Source of the DNA: Desulfuromusa sp.
Lineage (GTDB): Bacteria > Desulfobacterota > Desulfuromonadia > Desulfuromonadales > Geopsychrobacteraceae
Direction: 5' to 3'
Length of the DNA: 64,000 nucleotides
NCBI GenBank assembly: GCA_033791385.1
Contig: JASJGU010000129.1
Coordinates: 6,843-70,842, forward strand
Below are positions 10,906-21,459 of this stretch, piece by piece. How positions within the stretch are numbered: position 1 is the first letter of the stretch; the number at the start of each line of letters is the position of its first letter. Below the pieces are notes generated by a model. That model had not been told where the DNA came from. It searched no databases and worked only from the letters and a program-made list of their open reading frames with translations. A program made the translations under genes and the position numbers.

Positions 10906-10906
10906 A

Positions 10907-12052
10907 ATGCTAATGAGAGTTATCTTAGGTGCCATTTGCTGGCTGTCATTTTTTTTGTTGATTACCCCCTGCTGGGCAGATGTGAGCGGGAACCGTTCAC
11001 AACTGGAAAAAATCAGAGTTCGAATTGAGCGTGCCGAAATCGACTTGCAGAAGAATAAAAAATCAGAACTCAATATCAGCAGGGAACTGGTATTGATCAA
11101 GAAAACGCTAGAGCAAATTGATCGCCGAATTGCTGAGCATAAAACAAATTTTAAAAAGCTTCAGGGCAAAATTAAGCAACAAGAAAAATCGGTTAAAGAG
11201 AACCAGCAAGGGGTTAAAAAGATTGTCTCGCAATTGGAAAAGAGACTTGTTGTGCTTTACAAAGAAGGGGATACTGGCCCGCTGAAAATCCTTTTTTCAG
11301 CAGACTCGCCGACTGAAATGGCGCGACAATATCATTATTTGAACAGAGTTCTCCAGTATGATAAAGAGTTGCTGGCAGAATACCGACAAGCTATCCAAGG
11401 GCAGCAACAATCTTTATTGAAATTAAAATCTTTGGAGCAGCAGCAGGCCAAGTTGCTGGAGAAGGATCGGGAACAGCGCCAGATTGCCGCTAAAGGACGC
11501 AGCTTACAAACACGGCTATTGAAACAAGCAAAGGCAGGTAAAACAAAACTGGCTGCTGAGCTTATAGAACTAAAAGAAAATGCAGTAAGATTAAAAAAAT
11601 TAATCACCAGGCTTGAACAAGAGCCTGTATCCACAACTGGGCCAGTTGCTGGTAATTTCGCGGTTGGACGAGGTCAACTTGGTTGGCCGGTGAATGGTCG
11701 CGTGGTGATCGGATTTGGCCAACAAAAGGATGCCAAGTTGGGGACTTATTATGAAAGTAATGGCATTGAGATAGCGGTGCCGCCCGGCAGTCCAATCCAT
11801 GCTGTGGCTGCCGGCAAGGTTGTCTTTGCCGATTATTTCAAGGGTTACGGGAATCTGTTTATTCTCAGTCATCCCGGTGGTTACCACACCCTATATGCGC
11901 AGACTGATCGGATGCAGAAAAAATTGGGCGATCAGGTCTCTGCTGGTGACTTACTAGGTCATAGTGGGCTTGCCGGGCGAGATAGCATTTATTTTGAAAT
12001 TCGTTCCAATGGCTCCCCGGTTAATCCGCTATCCTGGTTGAAGCGTCAGTAA
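10907..12052 (+). CDS. envC: Murein hydrolase activator EnvC (coiled coil plus degenerate M23/LytM domain)
   Basis: Signal peptide, long coiled coil, WPVNG..GYGNL..H.GGY.TLYA..YFEIR..VNP with no catalytic Zn ligands. Start moved to the ATG just after the ftsX stop. Confidence 0.88.
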   Translation: MLMRVILGAICWLSFFLLITPCWADVSGNRSQLEKIRVRIERAEIDLQKNKKSELNISRELVLIKKTLEQIDRRIAEHKTNFKKLQGKIKQQEKSVKENQQGVKKIVSQLEKRLVVLYKEGDTGPLKILFSADSPTEMARQYHYLNRVLQYDKELLAEYRQAIQGQQQSLLKLKSLEQQQAKLLEKDREQRQIAAKGRSLQTRLLKQAKAGKTKLAAELIELKENAVRLKKLITRLEQEPVSTTGPVAGNFAVGRGQLGWPVNGRVVIGFGQQKDAKLGTYYESNGIEIAVPPGSPIHAVAAGKVVFADYFKGYGNLFILSHPGGYHTLYAQTDRMQKKLGDQVSAGDLLGHSGLAGRDSIYFEIRSNGSPVNPLSWLKRQ

Positions 12053-12067
12053 AGTTGAGAGGTTTTT

Positions 12068-13372
12068 ATGTTCAAAATTAAACGATTGATTCTGGGTTTT
12101 TTGTTCCTGCTGTTTTTTGGTTTTGCTGTGACCGTTTTCAGCGGGCAGGTGTTTGCTAACGAGGAGCAGGACTATAAAACCCTGGAAATATTTACCGATG
12201 TTCTTTCCCTGGTTCGCAGCAGTTACGTTGAAGATATCGATATGGACAAGCTGATTTATGGAGCGATTCGCGGCATGTTAAGCACCTTGGATCCACATAG
12301 CAGTTTTTTAACGCCAGAGATGTATGAAGAGATGCAGGCTGATACTCATGGTGAATTTGGTGGATTGGGTATTGAAATTACTGTTAAGGATCGTGCTTTA
12401 ATCATTGTTTCACCAATTGAAGATACTCCCGCTTATGCTGCCGGGATTCAAGCCGGAGATCAAATTATTAAAATTGATGGCAAACTTACCCGCGATATAG
12501 AGATTATGGAAGCGGTGCGGATGATGCGTGGTCCAAAAGGGGAGGCGATAACTCTTAGTATCCAGCGTCTCGATAAGGCAGAGCTGCAGGATTTCACTAT
12601 TATTCGAGATATTATTCAGATACAGAGTGTTAAAAGTGATTTGCTTCAGAGACATTACGGTTATGTTCGCGTTTCGCAATTTCAAGATCGAACTGGCAGT
12701 GATCTAAAAGAACATTTGACGAAATTGCGGCAGGAAAACGCCGATCAGTTTCAGGGGATGATCCTCGATTTACGTAATAATCCAGGTGGTTTGCTGGATC
12801 AGGCTGTTGCCGTTGCTGACATATTTTTAAGCGATGGACTGATCGTTTACACTGAAGGGCGGGAGGCGGAAGCGCAAATGACATTTTCTGCACAGCAGGT
12901 TGGAACCGAACCCGATTATCCACTGGTTGTTTTGATCAATGGTGGCAGCGCCAGCGCTGCTGAAATTGTTGCTGGAGCGCTACAAGATCATCGCCGCGCC
13001 ATTATTATTGGTGAGCAGAGTTTTGGTAAAGGTTCGGTCCAGACGATTATTCCACTGGATGATCATTCCGGATTGCGGTTGACAACGGCGCGTTATTTTA
13101 CTCCGTCTGGCCGTTCAATTCAGGCCTTGGGAATCAGTCCCGATATCGTTGTTCCAGCACTGATAATATCATCTCAGGAACAAACAGGAAGATTAATGCG
13201 GGAACAGGATTTGGCGAACCATTTTCAATCTCTTGAAGAAGAAAAAGTTGGGCAAAAAATAAATACGCCTGAAGGGTTGACGCGTGAAGGAAAAGGGGAC
13301 AACCAATTACTGCGTGCCCTCGATATGCTTAAAGCAATTAACCTCCTCAAGCGTGATGAGAACGCAGCCTGA
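12068..13372 (+). CDS. ctpA: S41 family carboxyl-terminal processing protease (PDZ)
   Basis: LDPHS, GEFGGLGIEI, DLRNNPGG, NGGSASAAEI, SFGKGSVQ. Confidence 0.93.
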   Translation: MFKIKRLILGFLFLLFFGFAVTVFSGQVFANEEQDYKTLEIFTDVLSLVRSSYVEDIDMDKLIYGAIRGMLSTLDPHSSFLTPEMYEEMQADTHGEFGGLGIEITVKDRALIIVSPIEDTPAYAAGIQAGDQIIKIDGKLTRDIEIMEAVRMMRGPKGEAITLSIQRLDKAELQDFTIIRDIIQIQSVKSDLLQRHYGYVRVSQFQDRTGSDLKEHLTKLRQENADQFQGMILDLRNNPGGLLDQAVAVADIFLSDGLIVYTEGREAEAQMTFSAQQVGTEPDYPLVVLINGGSASAAEIVAGALQDHRRAIIIGEQSFGKGSVQTIIPLDDHSGLRLTTARYFTPSGRSIQALGISPDIVVPALIISSQEQTGRLMREQDLANHFQSLEEEKVGQKINTPEGLTREGKGDNQLLRALDMLKAINLLKRDENAA

Positions 13373-13416
13373 AAAAATGATGGCGTTTTTTTTACGCTGT
13401 GAAAGACTTTAATTAA

Positions 13417-14604
13417 ATGACAACGAAAAAAAAGCAACCAATCAAAAAGACAACCCGAAAGTCTTCAAAGAAGAGGCAGGTCACCCAGAATATGCGTATT
13501 CTTCTGGCGTCTGCTTTCTTACTGGGATTTGTGGCAATTTGCCTGTTTGCATTAGTGAATTTACGCAAGACTTTCTTAACTGAATCTGCACCGGTTCAGG
13601 AAAAACATGTCTATGAAGAGCCGGCAGATGTGGTTCACGATCTGAAAGTTTATAGCTACGCTGATATCCGTGACCTGTTTGAAAATCAGCTTATCAACGG
13701 CCCCGATTCAATGGGTTGGCGTAAGTTGCCGGAGCGTAAGAATGTTCAGGTGCGAAAGATTTTTGGAGATTTTCCTTCTATTCCATTTCTGGCTGAATTA
13801 GTAAATCATATAGATCAAACTGATAGTCCCGCAAAGCTGGTAATCAGCCGCAATGAGGGCATTATTCATCTCTACTGGCAGGATGATCTACGCTTAGAGC
13901 TGAAATATGAGGTGCCGATTGTCGTTGCGAGAGAGCGGGGTAAAATCGCTGTTATTATGGATGATATGGGTGGTTCACTCGCCACTCTGCGAGAGTTGCT
14001 ACGTCTGGATGTCGTCATTACACCGTCAATTTTACCTGGCTCTGGCAGAGCGGTATCCGCAACCTCTTTTCTGCAGGAGAAAGGCCGTGAATATATGATT
14101 CACATGCCAATGCAGCCTCGCAGTTATCCGCAAACCAATCCAGGGGCAAATGCTTTGTTACTGGGGCAGTCAGAAGATGAAACCCGCTGGTTGGTTAGAT
14201 CCTATATGGATGGGGTGCCAGGTGCCGTTGGTAGTAACAATCACATGGGATCGCGGTATACCGCTGAACCAGAAGCGATGCGGGTTGTATTAAATGAGTT
14301 GAAACAGCACGATCTCTTCTTTATAGATAGTCGCACGATCGGTGATTCTGTCGCTTTTTCTGAGGCGCGAAAGATGGGGCTGAAAACTGCGACCCGAAAT
14401 ATCTTTCTGGATAACCAGGAAGATGTTTCTTATATCCGGCAACAGATTCACAAGATGGTTAATCTGGCCGGTAAAAATCGGGAAATTATAGCTATCTGTC
14501 ATCCGTATGCAGAAACGCTAGAGGCTTTCCGGCTGGAGCAAGACTGGTTACGGAAACAATCGGTTGATTTTGTCTCAGCCTCGAGTTTAGTGCATACTTA
14601 CTGA
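13417..14604 (+). CDS. Divergent polysaccharide deacetylase family protein (YibQ-like)
   Basis: AVIMDDMG, HMPMQP, NNHMGS, FFIDSRT, RNIFLDN, AICHP; N-terminal TM anchor. Confidence 0.9.
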   Translation: MTTKKKQPIKKTTRKSSKKRQVTQNMRILLASAFLLGFVAICLFALVNLRKTFLTESAPVQEKHVYEEPADVVHDLKVYSYADIRDLFENQLINGPDSMGWRKLPERKNVQVRKIFGDFPSIPFLAELVNHIDQTDSPAKLVISRNEGIIHLYWQDDLRLELKYEVPIVVARERGKIAVIMDDMGGSLATLRELLRLDVVITPSILPGSGRAVSATSFLQEKGREYMIHMPMQPRSYPQTNPGANALLLGQSEDETRWLVRSYMDGVPGAVGSNNHMGSRYTAEPEAMRVVLNELKQHDLFFIDSRTIGDSVAFSEARKMGLKTATRNIFLDNQEDVSYIRQQIHKMVNLAGKNREIIAICHPYAETLEAFRLEQDWLRKQSVDFVSASSLVHTY

Positions 14605-14663
14605 TTAAAGAAACTAAGTAAATTTTCAGCATATTTGATAGCAAAACAGGGACAGTTACGAAA

Positions 14664-16061
14664 TTATGTGAACTCTGCATCCAGTCTGTGATCAACCTGA
14701 ATTCGGTTAAAGATGGTTTGCCATTCCAGGTAGTGCTGGTGTTGCAGAAGCTTCAGAGGATTTTTGTCGGTTTGCTGAACAAGTAGTTGTTGGAATGTTT
14801 TGGCTTGACCTCCTGCGGCATGATTGAACAGTTGTAACAAGCTGGTTTCCCCTTGGCGCTGAAAGCGTCTTCGCTTTTTTATTAGGATACTCCGGCCAGA
14901 AATTTTTTCACCTTGTTGATCTAGCCGGAAGAGATCAACTTGGGCTTGCTCGCTGTTAATTTGAGTTTTTTGCAGGAGGAGGAAAGGTCGATTTGCTGCT
15001 CCGACCAGTATCTCTTGCAAGAGTTTTTGTTGTTCTTTACTACTTAGTTCCGGGTAGAAATCCTGTAGCAAAAGATCGAAAAAGCAATTTTCTTCAATAA
15101 ATCCGCTGAAACATCCGGTTTCATTTTCCAGAAAATAGGCATTGTCCCAGATGCCATCTTCTGGAACAGGAGTAGCACAACAGAGACAGGTTGACTGAAG
15201 GTTTTTTACGCGTGATTTGTATTCCTGGAGAAACGCTTCTTCCTGATCAAAAAGGTTATTGGCAACTTCGTTGAGTCTGCCTGGTCCATGCTCCAAATAA
15301 TCGAGATAGACTTGCCGCGCCAAGTGGGTCAGCTGGAGATGGACTTCGGTATTGCGTCCATGAGTAATGACCGGATAGATTTTTCCGGTTGGATTTGTAC
15401 TCAAGGATTCTACTTTTGGACTTTTGGCAATAAATCCTTCATAACAACGAAAGCCTCGATTGATCGCATAGGCTTTCAGTAACTGATAGGAATTGCGAAA
15501 AGGGCCGTCAAAGTGGATGCGGGTGTCGATCAAACAAGGCAAAAGCTTCAATACTGCCTTTGAGCGTTGATGTTGTACTAGAAAGTTTACCAGATTGCGG
15601 CAGTTTTCCAGTGAAGGGGCATCTTTTATCGGTACAATAACGCGATCTGCGGCATAGAGTGCGTTACGGGTATAAATATCGAGAGTTGGACTTGTATCGA
15701 TGATGACCAACCCTTGCAATGACGAGCGAGCAATGATTTGGGCAAGCTGCTCTACATTTTTCACCTGCTGCTGGGATTCAAACAGAGTGTGGCTGGATTG
15801 GATGAAATTTACGCCATACTGCCCATCAACTAGCAGATTGGCAAGGTTGCTTTCGGTAAAAAGTTGACCGACATGGAGCGGGTTAACGGTTTTTTTCAAG
15901 CGGAACATTTGATCTACAGTAAAATGATTATCAAAACTGAACAGGGTCACAGGAAGGTCTTCAGCTAAACCTTTTAAGTAAATGGCCAAATTGGTCGCCA
16001 GGGTTGTTTTACCAACCCCACCTTTTTCACTGGCAATGGTTATAATGTACGAGCGGGCCAT
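14664..16061 (-). CDS. ParA/MinD family ATPase with a long C-terminal extension
   Basis: Deviant Walker A EKGGVGKTT and Walker B IIDTSP, with about 200 extra C-terminal residues. Confidence 0.8.
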   Translation of the reverse strand: MARSYIITIASEKGGVGKTTLATNLAIYLKGLAEDLPVTLFSFDNHFTVDQMFRLKKTVNPLHVGQLFTESNLANLLVDGQYGVNFIQSSHTLFESQQQVKNVEQLAQIIARSSLQGLVIIDTSPTLDIYTRNALYAADRVIVPIKDAPSLENCRNLVNFLVQHQRSKAVLKLLPCLIDTRIHFDGPFRNSYQLLKAYAINRGFRCYEGFIAKSPKVESLSTNPTGKIYPVITHGRNTEVHLQLTHLARQVYLDYLEHGPGRLNEVANNLFDQEEAFLQEYKSRVKNLQSTCLCCATPVPEDGIWDNAYFLENETGCFSGFIEENCFFDLLLQDFYPELSSKEQQKLLQEILVGAANRPFLLLQKTQINSEQAQVDLFRLDQQGEKISGRSILIKKRRRFQRQGETSLLQLFNHAAGGQAKTFQQLLVQQTDKNPLKLLQHQHYLEWQTIFNRIQVDHRLDAEFT

Positions 16062-16183
16062 GAGTTCCTCAAGGGTAAATATTTAAAAAAATTAACTATT
16101 TATATGGGATTCTAGCAACGCTGTCAATCACTCTAGTTATGCTATCCGCTCTTTTTTGAAGGGTGATGAGGTTTATGTAGGTC

Positions 16184-17392
16184 ATGGATATCTCTGCTGC
16201 CGTTTCGGTTTCAACCTTAGTACAATCATTGCAAGAGTTAGTTGAGGATAACTTTGTTGAAGTGTTAGTCCAAGGTGAGTTGAGTAATGTTTCACACCCT
16301 GCATCCGGTCACTATTACTTCACCCTGAAAGATAAAAATGCCCAGCTTAGGTGTGCCATGTTTCGTAGCCATGCCAGAGTATTGCGCTTCAAACCGACAG
16401 ATGGTTTGGCGGTTATTTGTCGCGGGCGGGTTTCAGTTTACCCTCAAAGGGGTGATTTGCAACTGATTGTCGAGGGAATTGAGCCGGAAGGGGTTGGAGG
16501 CTTACAGTTGGCTTTTGACCAGTTGAAGGATAAACTGGAAAAAGAAGGGCTGTTCGCCCTGGAGTTAAAACAACAACTGCCTCCTTTTCCTCAAACAATT
16601 GGTATTGTGACTTCTGCGTCAGGGGCAGCTATACAGGATATATTGAACGTGTTACGGCGGCGCTCTGCCGGGTTGGGGGTTCTGTTACGTTCGGTTCGGG
16701 TTCAGGGTGATGGGGCTGCCGAGGAAATCGCCGCTGCAATAGTCGATCTGAATATTGAAGCCAGCTCAGATGTTCTTATTGTTGGTCGTGGTGGAGGTGC
16801 GCGCGAGGATCTTTGGGCATTTAATGAAGAAATTGTTGCCAGGGCCATAGCAGTATCCCGAATCCCGGTGATTTCAGCAGTCGGGCATGAGGTTGATTTT
16901 TCTATCTCTGATCTGGTCGCTGATTTACGCGCCCCGACACCGAGTGCAGCAGCAGAGCTGGTGGCACAGAATCGCCTCGATCTGGAACGGCATCTGGATC
17001 AGTTAACCTTACGGCTTGCTGCGCAGATGCGCTCCCGTTTGTCATTGTTGTATAGTCACTTGTATGGCCTGCAAAAGAGATTGAAAGCGCCGCTAGAATT
17101 GGTTCAAATACAGCGGGTGATGTTGCAGCAGCAACTGTTACGCTTACCGCAGGCAATGAATGAAATCATCGATCAGCATCAACATAAACTAGATCTTCTT
17201 GTCAGCCGGCTGGAGACCTTATCACCTTTGGCTGTCTTATCCCGTGGTTATGCAATCGTTAAGCGGATGAAAACCGATCAGGTCATTTGCGACTCTGAAC
17301 AGCTGGAAGCCGGCGATCATTTGCAAATAAAATTTGCTGTAGGTCAAGTGGCAGTAACGGTCGTAGAAATTGACAGGAAAGGGGCTAAATAA
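16184..17392 (+). CDS. xseA: Exodeoxyribonuclease VII large subunit
   Basis: GELSN..SGHYYFTLKD, GRGGG..EDLWAFNEE, SAVGHEVD, RAPTPSAAAE. Confidence 0.96.
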   Translation: MDISAAVSVSTLVQSLQELVEDNFVEVLVQGELSNVSHPASGHYYFTLKDKNAQLRCAMFRSHARVLRFKPTDGLAVICRGRVSVYPQRGDLQLIVEGIEPEGVGGLQLAFDQLKDKLEKEGLFALELKQQLPPFPQTIGIVTSASGAAIQDILNVLRRRSAGLGVLLRSVRVQGDGAAEEIAAAIVDLNIEASSDVLIVGRGGGAREDLWAFNEEIVARAIAVSRIPVISAVGHEVDFSISDLVADLRAPTPSAAAELVAQNRLDLERHLDQLTLRLAAQMRSRLSLLYSHLYGLQKRLKAPLELVQIQRVMLQQQLLRLPQAMNEIIDQHQHKLDLLVSRLETLSPLAVLSRGYAIVKRMKTDQVICDSEQLEAGDHLQIKFAVGQVAVTVVEIDRKGAK

Positions 17393-17471
17393 TAGCTTTA
17401 AGCACTTGACGTATAACTCCAGTGCTGTCGATAATCAAAAATTCATACCAATCCTGAACGGGACCAAAATT

Positions 17472-17699
17472 ATGGCAACCAAAATAAGTTTTGAAGCATC
17501 ATTGCAAAAGCTGGAAGAGGCGGTAGAACAACTGGAATCTGCTTCTCTACCACTTGATCAGGCATTAAAAGTTTTTTCTGACGGAGTTAAGCAGGCAGAC
17601 ACTTGTCGCCAGTCTTTACGTAAAGTTGAATTACAGGTTGAACAACTTCTTCAGCAAGATGATGGTACTTTGCAGCGGGAGCCATTTGATGGCGAGTGA
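17472..17699 (+). CDS. xseB: Exodeoxyribonuclease VII small subunit
   Basis: SFEASLQKLEEAVEQLES..LPLDQAL..FSDGV; between xseA and ispA. Confidence 0.92.
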   Translation: MATKISFEASLQKLEEAVEQLESASLPLDQALKVFSDGVKQADTCRQSLRKVELQVEQLLQQDDGTLQREPFDGE

Positions 17700-18594
17700 T
17701 CATTGGCAGTTGCAGTCATACATGAAAGAGCGAATTCAACTGGTTGACTCAGCACTTGATCGTTATTTACCGGGAGCTGAAACTCTTCCAACCGTGTTGC
17801 ACGATGCGATGCGCTATTCTGTCTTTGGCGGAGGGAAACGGATTCGGCCAATTTTGATGTTGGCAGCTTGTGAAGCCGTTGGCGGTGAGGTGAAAAACGT
17901 GCTGCCTGCTGCCTGTGCCATAGAAATGATTCATAGTTATTCTTTGATTCATGATGATCTGCCGGCGATGGATGATGATGATTTTCGGCGGGGAAATCCC
18001 ACGAATCATAAGGTTTATGGCGAGGCTACGGCAATCCTGGCCGGTGATGGGTTGCTTACTGAAGCATTTATCCTTCTTTCTAATCCGGGTACCTGGGGTG
18101 CTGCTTCAGCTGATAAGTACTGTGAAGTGCTGCATATCCTGGCAAAAAGTGCCGGCTCACGCGGCATGGTTGGTGGTCAGGTGGTTGATATGGAAGCGGA
18201 GGAAAAACCCGTTGATTTCCCCACTTTGGAATATATCCATACACATAAAACCGGAGCGTTGATCCTGGCAGCGATTGAAGTTGGCGCTTTATTGGGGGGA
18301 GCTTCTGGAAAACAACGCCGTGCGCTCTGTCGTTACGGTGAAGCTGCCGGACTAGCGTTTCAGATTGCCGATGATATTCTTGATATTGTCGCGGATCCGT
18401 CTCAGTTGGGTAAGGATATTGGCAGTGATCAGCAGCGCGGGAAGGCAACTTATCCGGCTTTGCTCGGATTGTCTGGAGCACGCCAGCGAGCCAGCGAGCT
18501 TCGCGAGTTAGCTTTTTCTTCATTGAATATTTTTGGTGACACTGCACGCCCACTGCGGGAGATAGCAGGTTATATTGTCGACCGTTCTTGTTAG
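17689..18594 (+). CDS. ispA: Farnesyl/geranyl diphosphate synthase
   Basis: GGKRIRP, SLIHDDLPAMDDDDFRRG, FQIADDILD; xseB-ispA-dxs context. Confidence 0.93.
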   Translation: MASDHWQLQSYMKERIQLVDSALDRYLPGAETLPTVLHDAMRYSVFGGGKRIRPILMLAACEAVGGEVKNVLPAACAIEMIHSYSLIHDDLPAMDDDDFRRGNPTNHKVYGEATAILAGDGLLTEAFILLSNPGTWGAASADKYCEVLHILAKSAGSRGMVGGQVVDMEAEEKPVDFPTLEYIHTHKTGALILAAIEVGALLGGASGKQRRALCRYGEAAGLAFQIADDILDIVADPSQLGKDIGSDQQRGKATYPALLGLSGARQRASELRELAFSSLNIFGDTARPLREIAGYIVDRSC

Positions 18595-18640
18595 AATCTT
18601 AGTTTGATTCTGTAATGAATGTTTTATACGAGGAAGCTGA

Positions 18641-20542
18641 ATGGAAACACTTCTTTCACAGATAAAGTCCCCAACAGAACTGAAACAACTCGATAAGAAT
18701 CAGCTTTCACAGTTGGCAGAAGAATTACGCGAGCAGATTGTCGCAACGGTTGCTACCAACGGTGGCCATTTGGGCAGCTCTCTTGGGGTTGTCGAACTGA
18801 CAATTGCATTGCATCGAGTTTTTGATTCACCCAATGACCAGATTATCTGGGATGTTGGCCATCAGGCCTATGCCCATAAATTACTGACTGGTCGTCAGGA
18901 GCAGTTTGGTACATTACGCCAGTTAAATGGTCTCAGTGGATTTCCCAAGCGGGCTGAGAGCGAGCATGATTGTTTTGGCGTCGGTCATTCCAGCACCTCA
19001 ATTTCTGCTGCATCGGGCATGGCGGCAGGAAGAGATATCTGTGGGGGTCACGATAAGGTTATAGCCGTTATTGGAGATGGTTCATTGACTGCCGGAATAG
19101 CATTTGAAGGTTTGAATCATGCAGGGCATCTGAAACAAAAACTGGTTGTTATTTTGAATGATAATGAGATGTCAATTTCCCCGAATGTTGGAGCACTTTC
19201 CTCATTTCTCAGCCGGAAAATGACTTCAGATACTTTCATTCGCTTTAAAAAAGAGACAGAGACTCTACTAAATTACGTTCCTGGGATCGGTCGCGAGCTG
19301 GTCAACCTGGCTAAGCGTGCTGAAGAATCGTTTAAAAGCTTTATGACCCCGGGGATGTTGTTTGAGGGGTTTGGTTTCGATTATTTCGGCCCCATAGATG
19401 GTCACAATATCGAAGAAATGACGGAAACCCTGCGTAACGTTGGTCAGATCAAAGGGCCGGTGCTGTTGCATATCCTGACAAAGAAGGGTAAGGGCTATGA
19501 GCCGGCAGAAAAGAATCAGCCCAAATTCCATGGTGTGGGACCGTTTAATTCCGAGACGGGAGAGGTGAATGGTAGTAAACCAGGGAGCGCCGTTTCTTAC
19601 ACCAAAGTGTTTGGTGATACTCTGATTGACCTTGCCCGTGAGGATGAGCGGATTGTTGCTATTACTGCGGCCATGGCTGAAGGAACCGGACTTAAAAAAT
19701 TCTCCGAAACTTTTCCTGACCGATTTTTTGATGTTGGCATCGCTGAACAGCATGCTGTGACTTTTGCTGCCGGATTAGCCTGCCGGGGGCTTCGCCCGGT
19801 CGTGACAATTTACTCAACCTTTATGCAGCGGGCTTATGATCAAGTTGTGCATGATGTTTGTTTGCAAAATCTTCCAGTCACCTTTGCAATGGATCGATGT
19901 GGACTGGTAGGAGCGGACGGCCCAACACATCACGGTGTGTTTGATCTTTCTTTTTTGCGCCATATCCCTAATCTGACTGTTGCAGTACCGCGTAATGAAG
20001 TTGAACTTCAGCGCATTATGAAAACAGCAAGTTTACTGGAAGGACCATTTGCTTATCGTTATCCGCGAGGTAATGGGGTCGGATTGCCTTTAGCTGAAAA
20101 AGTTGAAGCGCTGGAAATCGGACGGGGAGAATTGCTGCGGAATGGGTCTGATGGTTTGATTATTGCGGTTGGCGAAATGGTTAATGAAGCGCTTCAGGTG
20201 GCAAATCAACTCGCCGGGCAGGGGATCAATCTTTCAGTCATTGATGCACGATTTGTTAAGCCTTTAGACCGTGATTTGATTTTATCCCAGGCAGAACAAG
20301 CCCCATTTATAATGACTGCCGAAGAAAATTCTTTGCAGGGAGGATTCGGAGCCTCAATTCTTGAACTGTTGAGTGATGCCGACTTGTCGGTACCAGTGAC
20401 CCGGATTGGTATTCCTGACCATTTTGTCGGGCAGGGTACCCAGGCGGAATTGCGCGCTCAGTTAGGGCTTGATGCTGCGGGTGTCATGAATAAAATCAAG
20501 CAGATTACGCAACAGTATAGTTCAACTGTTACTGTGGGTTGA
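18641..20542 (+). CDS. dxs: 1-deoxy-D-xylulose-5-phosphate synthase
   Basis: [51 protein letters not shown]. Confidence 0.97.
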   Translation: METLLSQIKSPTELKQLDKNQLSQLAEELREQIVATVATNGGHLGSSLGVVELTIALHRVFDSPNDQIIWDVGHQAYAHKLLTGRQEQFGTLRQLNGLSGFPKRAESEHDCFGVGHSSTSISAASGMAAGRDICGGHDKVIAVIGDGSLTAGIAFEGLNHAGHLKQKLVVILNDNEMSISPNVGALSSFLSRKMTSDTFIRFKKETETLLNYVPGIGRELVNLAKRAEESFKSFMTPGMLFEGFGFDYFGPIDGHNIEEMTETLRNVGQIKGPVLLHILTKKGKGYEPAEKNQPKFHGVGPFNSETGEVNGSKPGSAVSYTKVFGDTLIDLAREDERIVAITAAMAEGTGLKKFSETFPDRFFDVGIAEQHAVTFAAGLACRGLRPVVTIYSTFMQRAYDQVVHDVCLQNLPVTFAMDRCGLVGADGPTHHGVFDLSFLRHIPNLTVAVPRNEVELQRIMKTASLLEGPFAYRYPRGNGVGLPLAEKVEALEIGRGELLRNGSDGLIIAVGEMVNEALQVANQLAGQGINLSVIDARFVKPLDRDLILSQAEQAPFIMTAEENSLQGGFGASILELLSDADLSVPVTRIGIPDHFVGQGTQAELRAQLGLDAAGVMNKIKQITQQYSSTVTVG

Positions 20543-20588
20543 GAAGATTTGTGTTTCCATAGAAACTCATTTTTTCTAAAAGGCTGGT

Positions 20589-20945
20589 GTGATGATTGAA
20601 CTTGTTTTAATTGGTTCCATGGCGGGGCTAGTAATGGGAACCGTGGGTGTCGGCGGAGGTGCGCTGATTATTTTCTGCCTCTCAGTTTTTGCTAAATTCC
20701 CACAGAAGCTTGCTCAGGGGACAACTTTATTTATCGTTGCAGCACCTATCAGTTTACTGGCTGCTATGCGCTATCATCGCCAGGGATATGTTGATGTCAA
20801 AGCAGGCCTGGTCGTTATGGTTTGTTTTTTGATTTTCAGTTTTATCGGCGCTCATTTTGCAACCTATTTGCCGAATGAGTTATTACGAACTTTAGTTGGT
20901 ATTATGTTATTGCTGATGGGAGTAAAACTGATTTTTTTCAGTTGA
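20589..20945 (+). CDS. Half-size TauE/SafE (TSUP) family membrane protein
   Basis: AGLVMGTVGVGGG...QKLAQGTTL; four hydrophobic segments in 118 aa. Confidence 0.75.
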   Translation: MMIELVLIGSMAGLVMGTVGVGGGALIIFCLSVFAKFPQKLAQGTTLFIVAAPISLLAAMRYHRQGYVDVKAGLVVMVCFLIFSFIGAHFATYLPNELLRTLVGIMLLLMGVKLIFFS

Positions 20946-21033
20946 TCTATTCCAGAGTTTAAACAGCCGGACATTGCACCTGCCAGATGTTTTTAGATGG
21001 GCGATAATTTTGACGTTCAATTAAGGTGGAATT

Positions 21034-21444
21034 ATGCGGACAGTGAGAATTTGTATTGGCTCAGAAGACGGGGTGAATATTGCGTCGACACACATGGGGG
21101 ATACGGGTCACTTTTATATCTACGACCTTGGTGCTGCCGGATATACTTTTGTTGAACAGCGCAATAATATTGCACAGGATCTGGATCATGCCGGGGCTGA
21201 TAAAATGAAGGAGATACTCTCGCTGGTAGGCGATGCGGACGTATTAATTGCTCAACAGAAAAGTCCGAATTTTATCAAAATAGCTAGGCAGACGAAGTAC
21301 CAACCGCTCGTTGTCAAGGTTGATACTATTCAGGCTATTTTTACTTTACTTCAGGGTGAATTTGAGAAAATTTATTCATATGTTGAACGCCGGAGAAATG
21401 GGGATACGTTCGAAACGATTCTGGAGTTAACAGCTTGTAGCTGA
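21034..21444 (+). CDS. NifB/NifX (dinitrogenase Fe-Mo cofactor) family protein
   Basis: RICIGSEDG.NI...HMG....FYIYD......FVEQR.N pattern typical of NifX-like domains. Confidence 0.7.
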   Translation: MRTVRICIGSEDGVNIASTHMGDTGHFYIYDLGAAGYTFVEQRNNIAQDLDHAGADKMKEILSLVGDADVLIAQQKSPNFIKIARQTKYQPLVVKVDTIQAIFTLLQGEFEKIYSYVERRRNGDTFETILELTACS

Positions 21445-21459
21445 TAAGGAGCAAATGCT

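Noticed and set aside
4269-19753. Long antisense or alternate-frame ORFs (e.g. 4269..4820, 18080..18553, 19268..19753)
   Set aside because: They lie entirely within well-conserved housekeeping genes and have no motifs or RBS. Shadow ORFs.
20943-20996. Selenocysteine read-through extending the half-size TauE
   Set aside because: Only 16 non-hydrophobic codons follow the TGA before a TAG, and no SECIS-like hairpin or second TauE repeat is evident.
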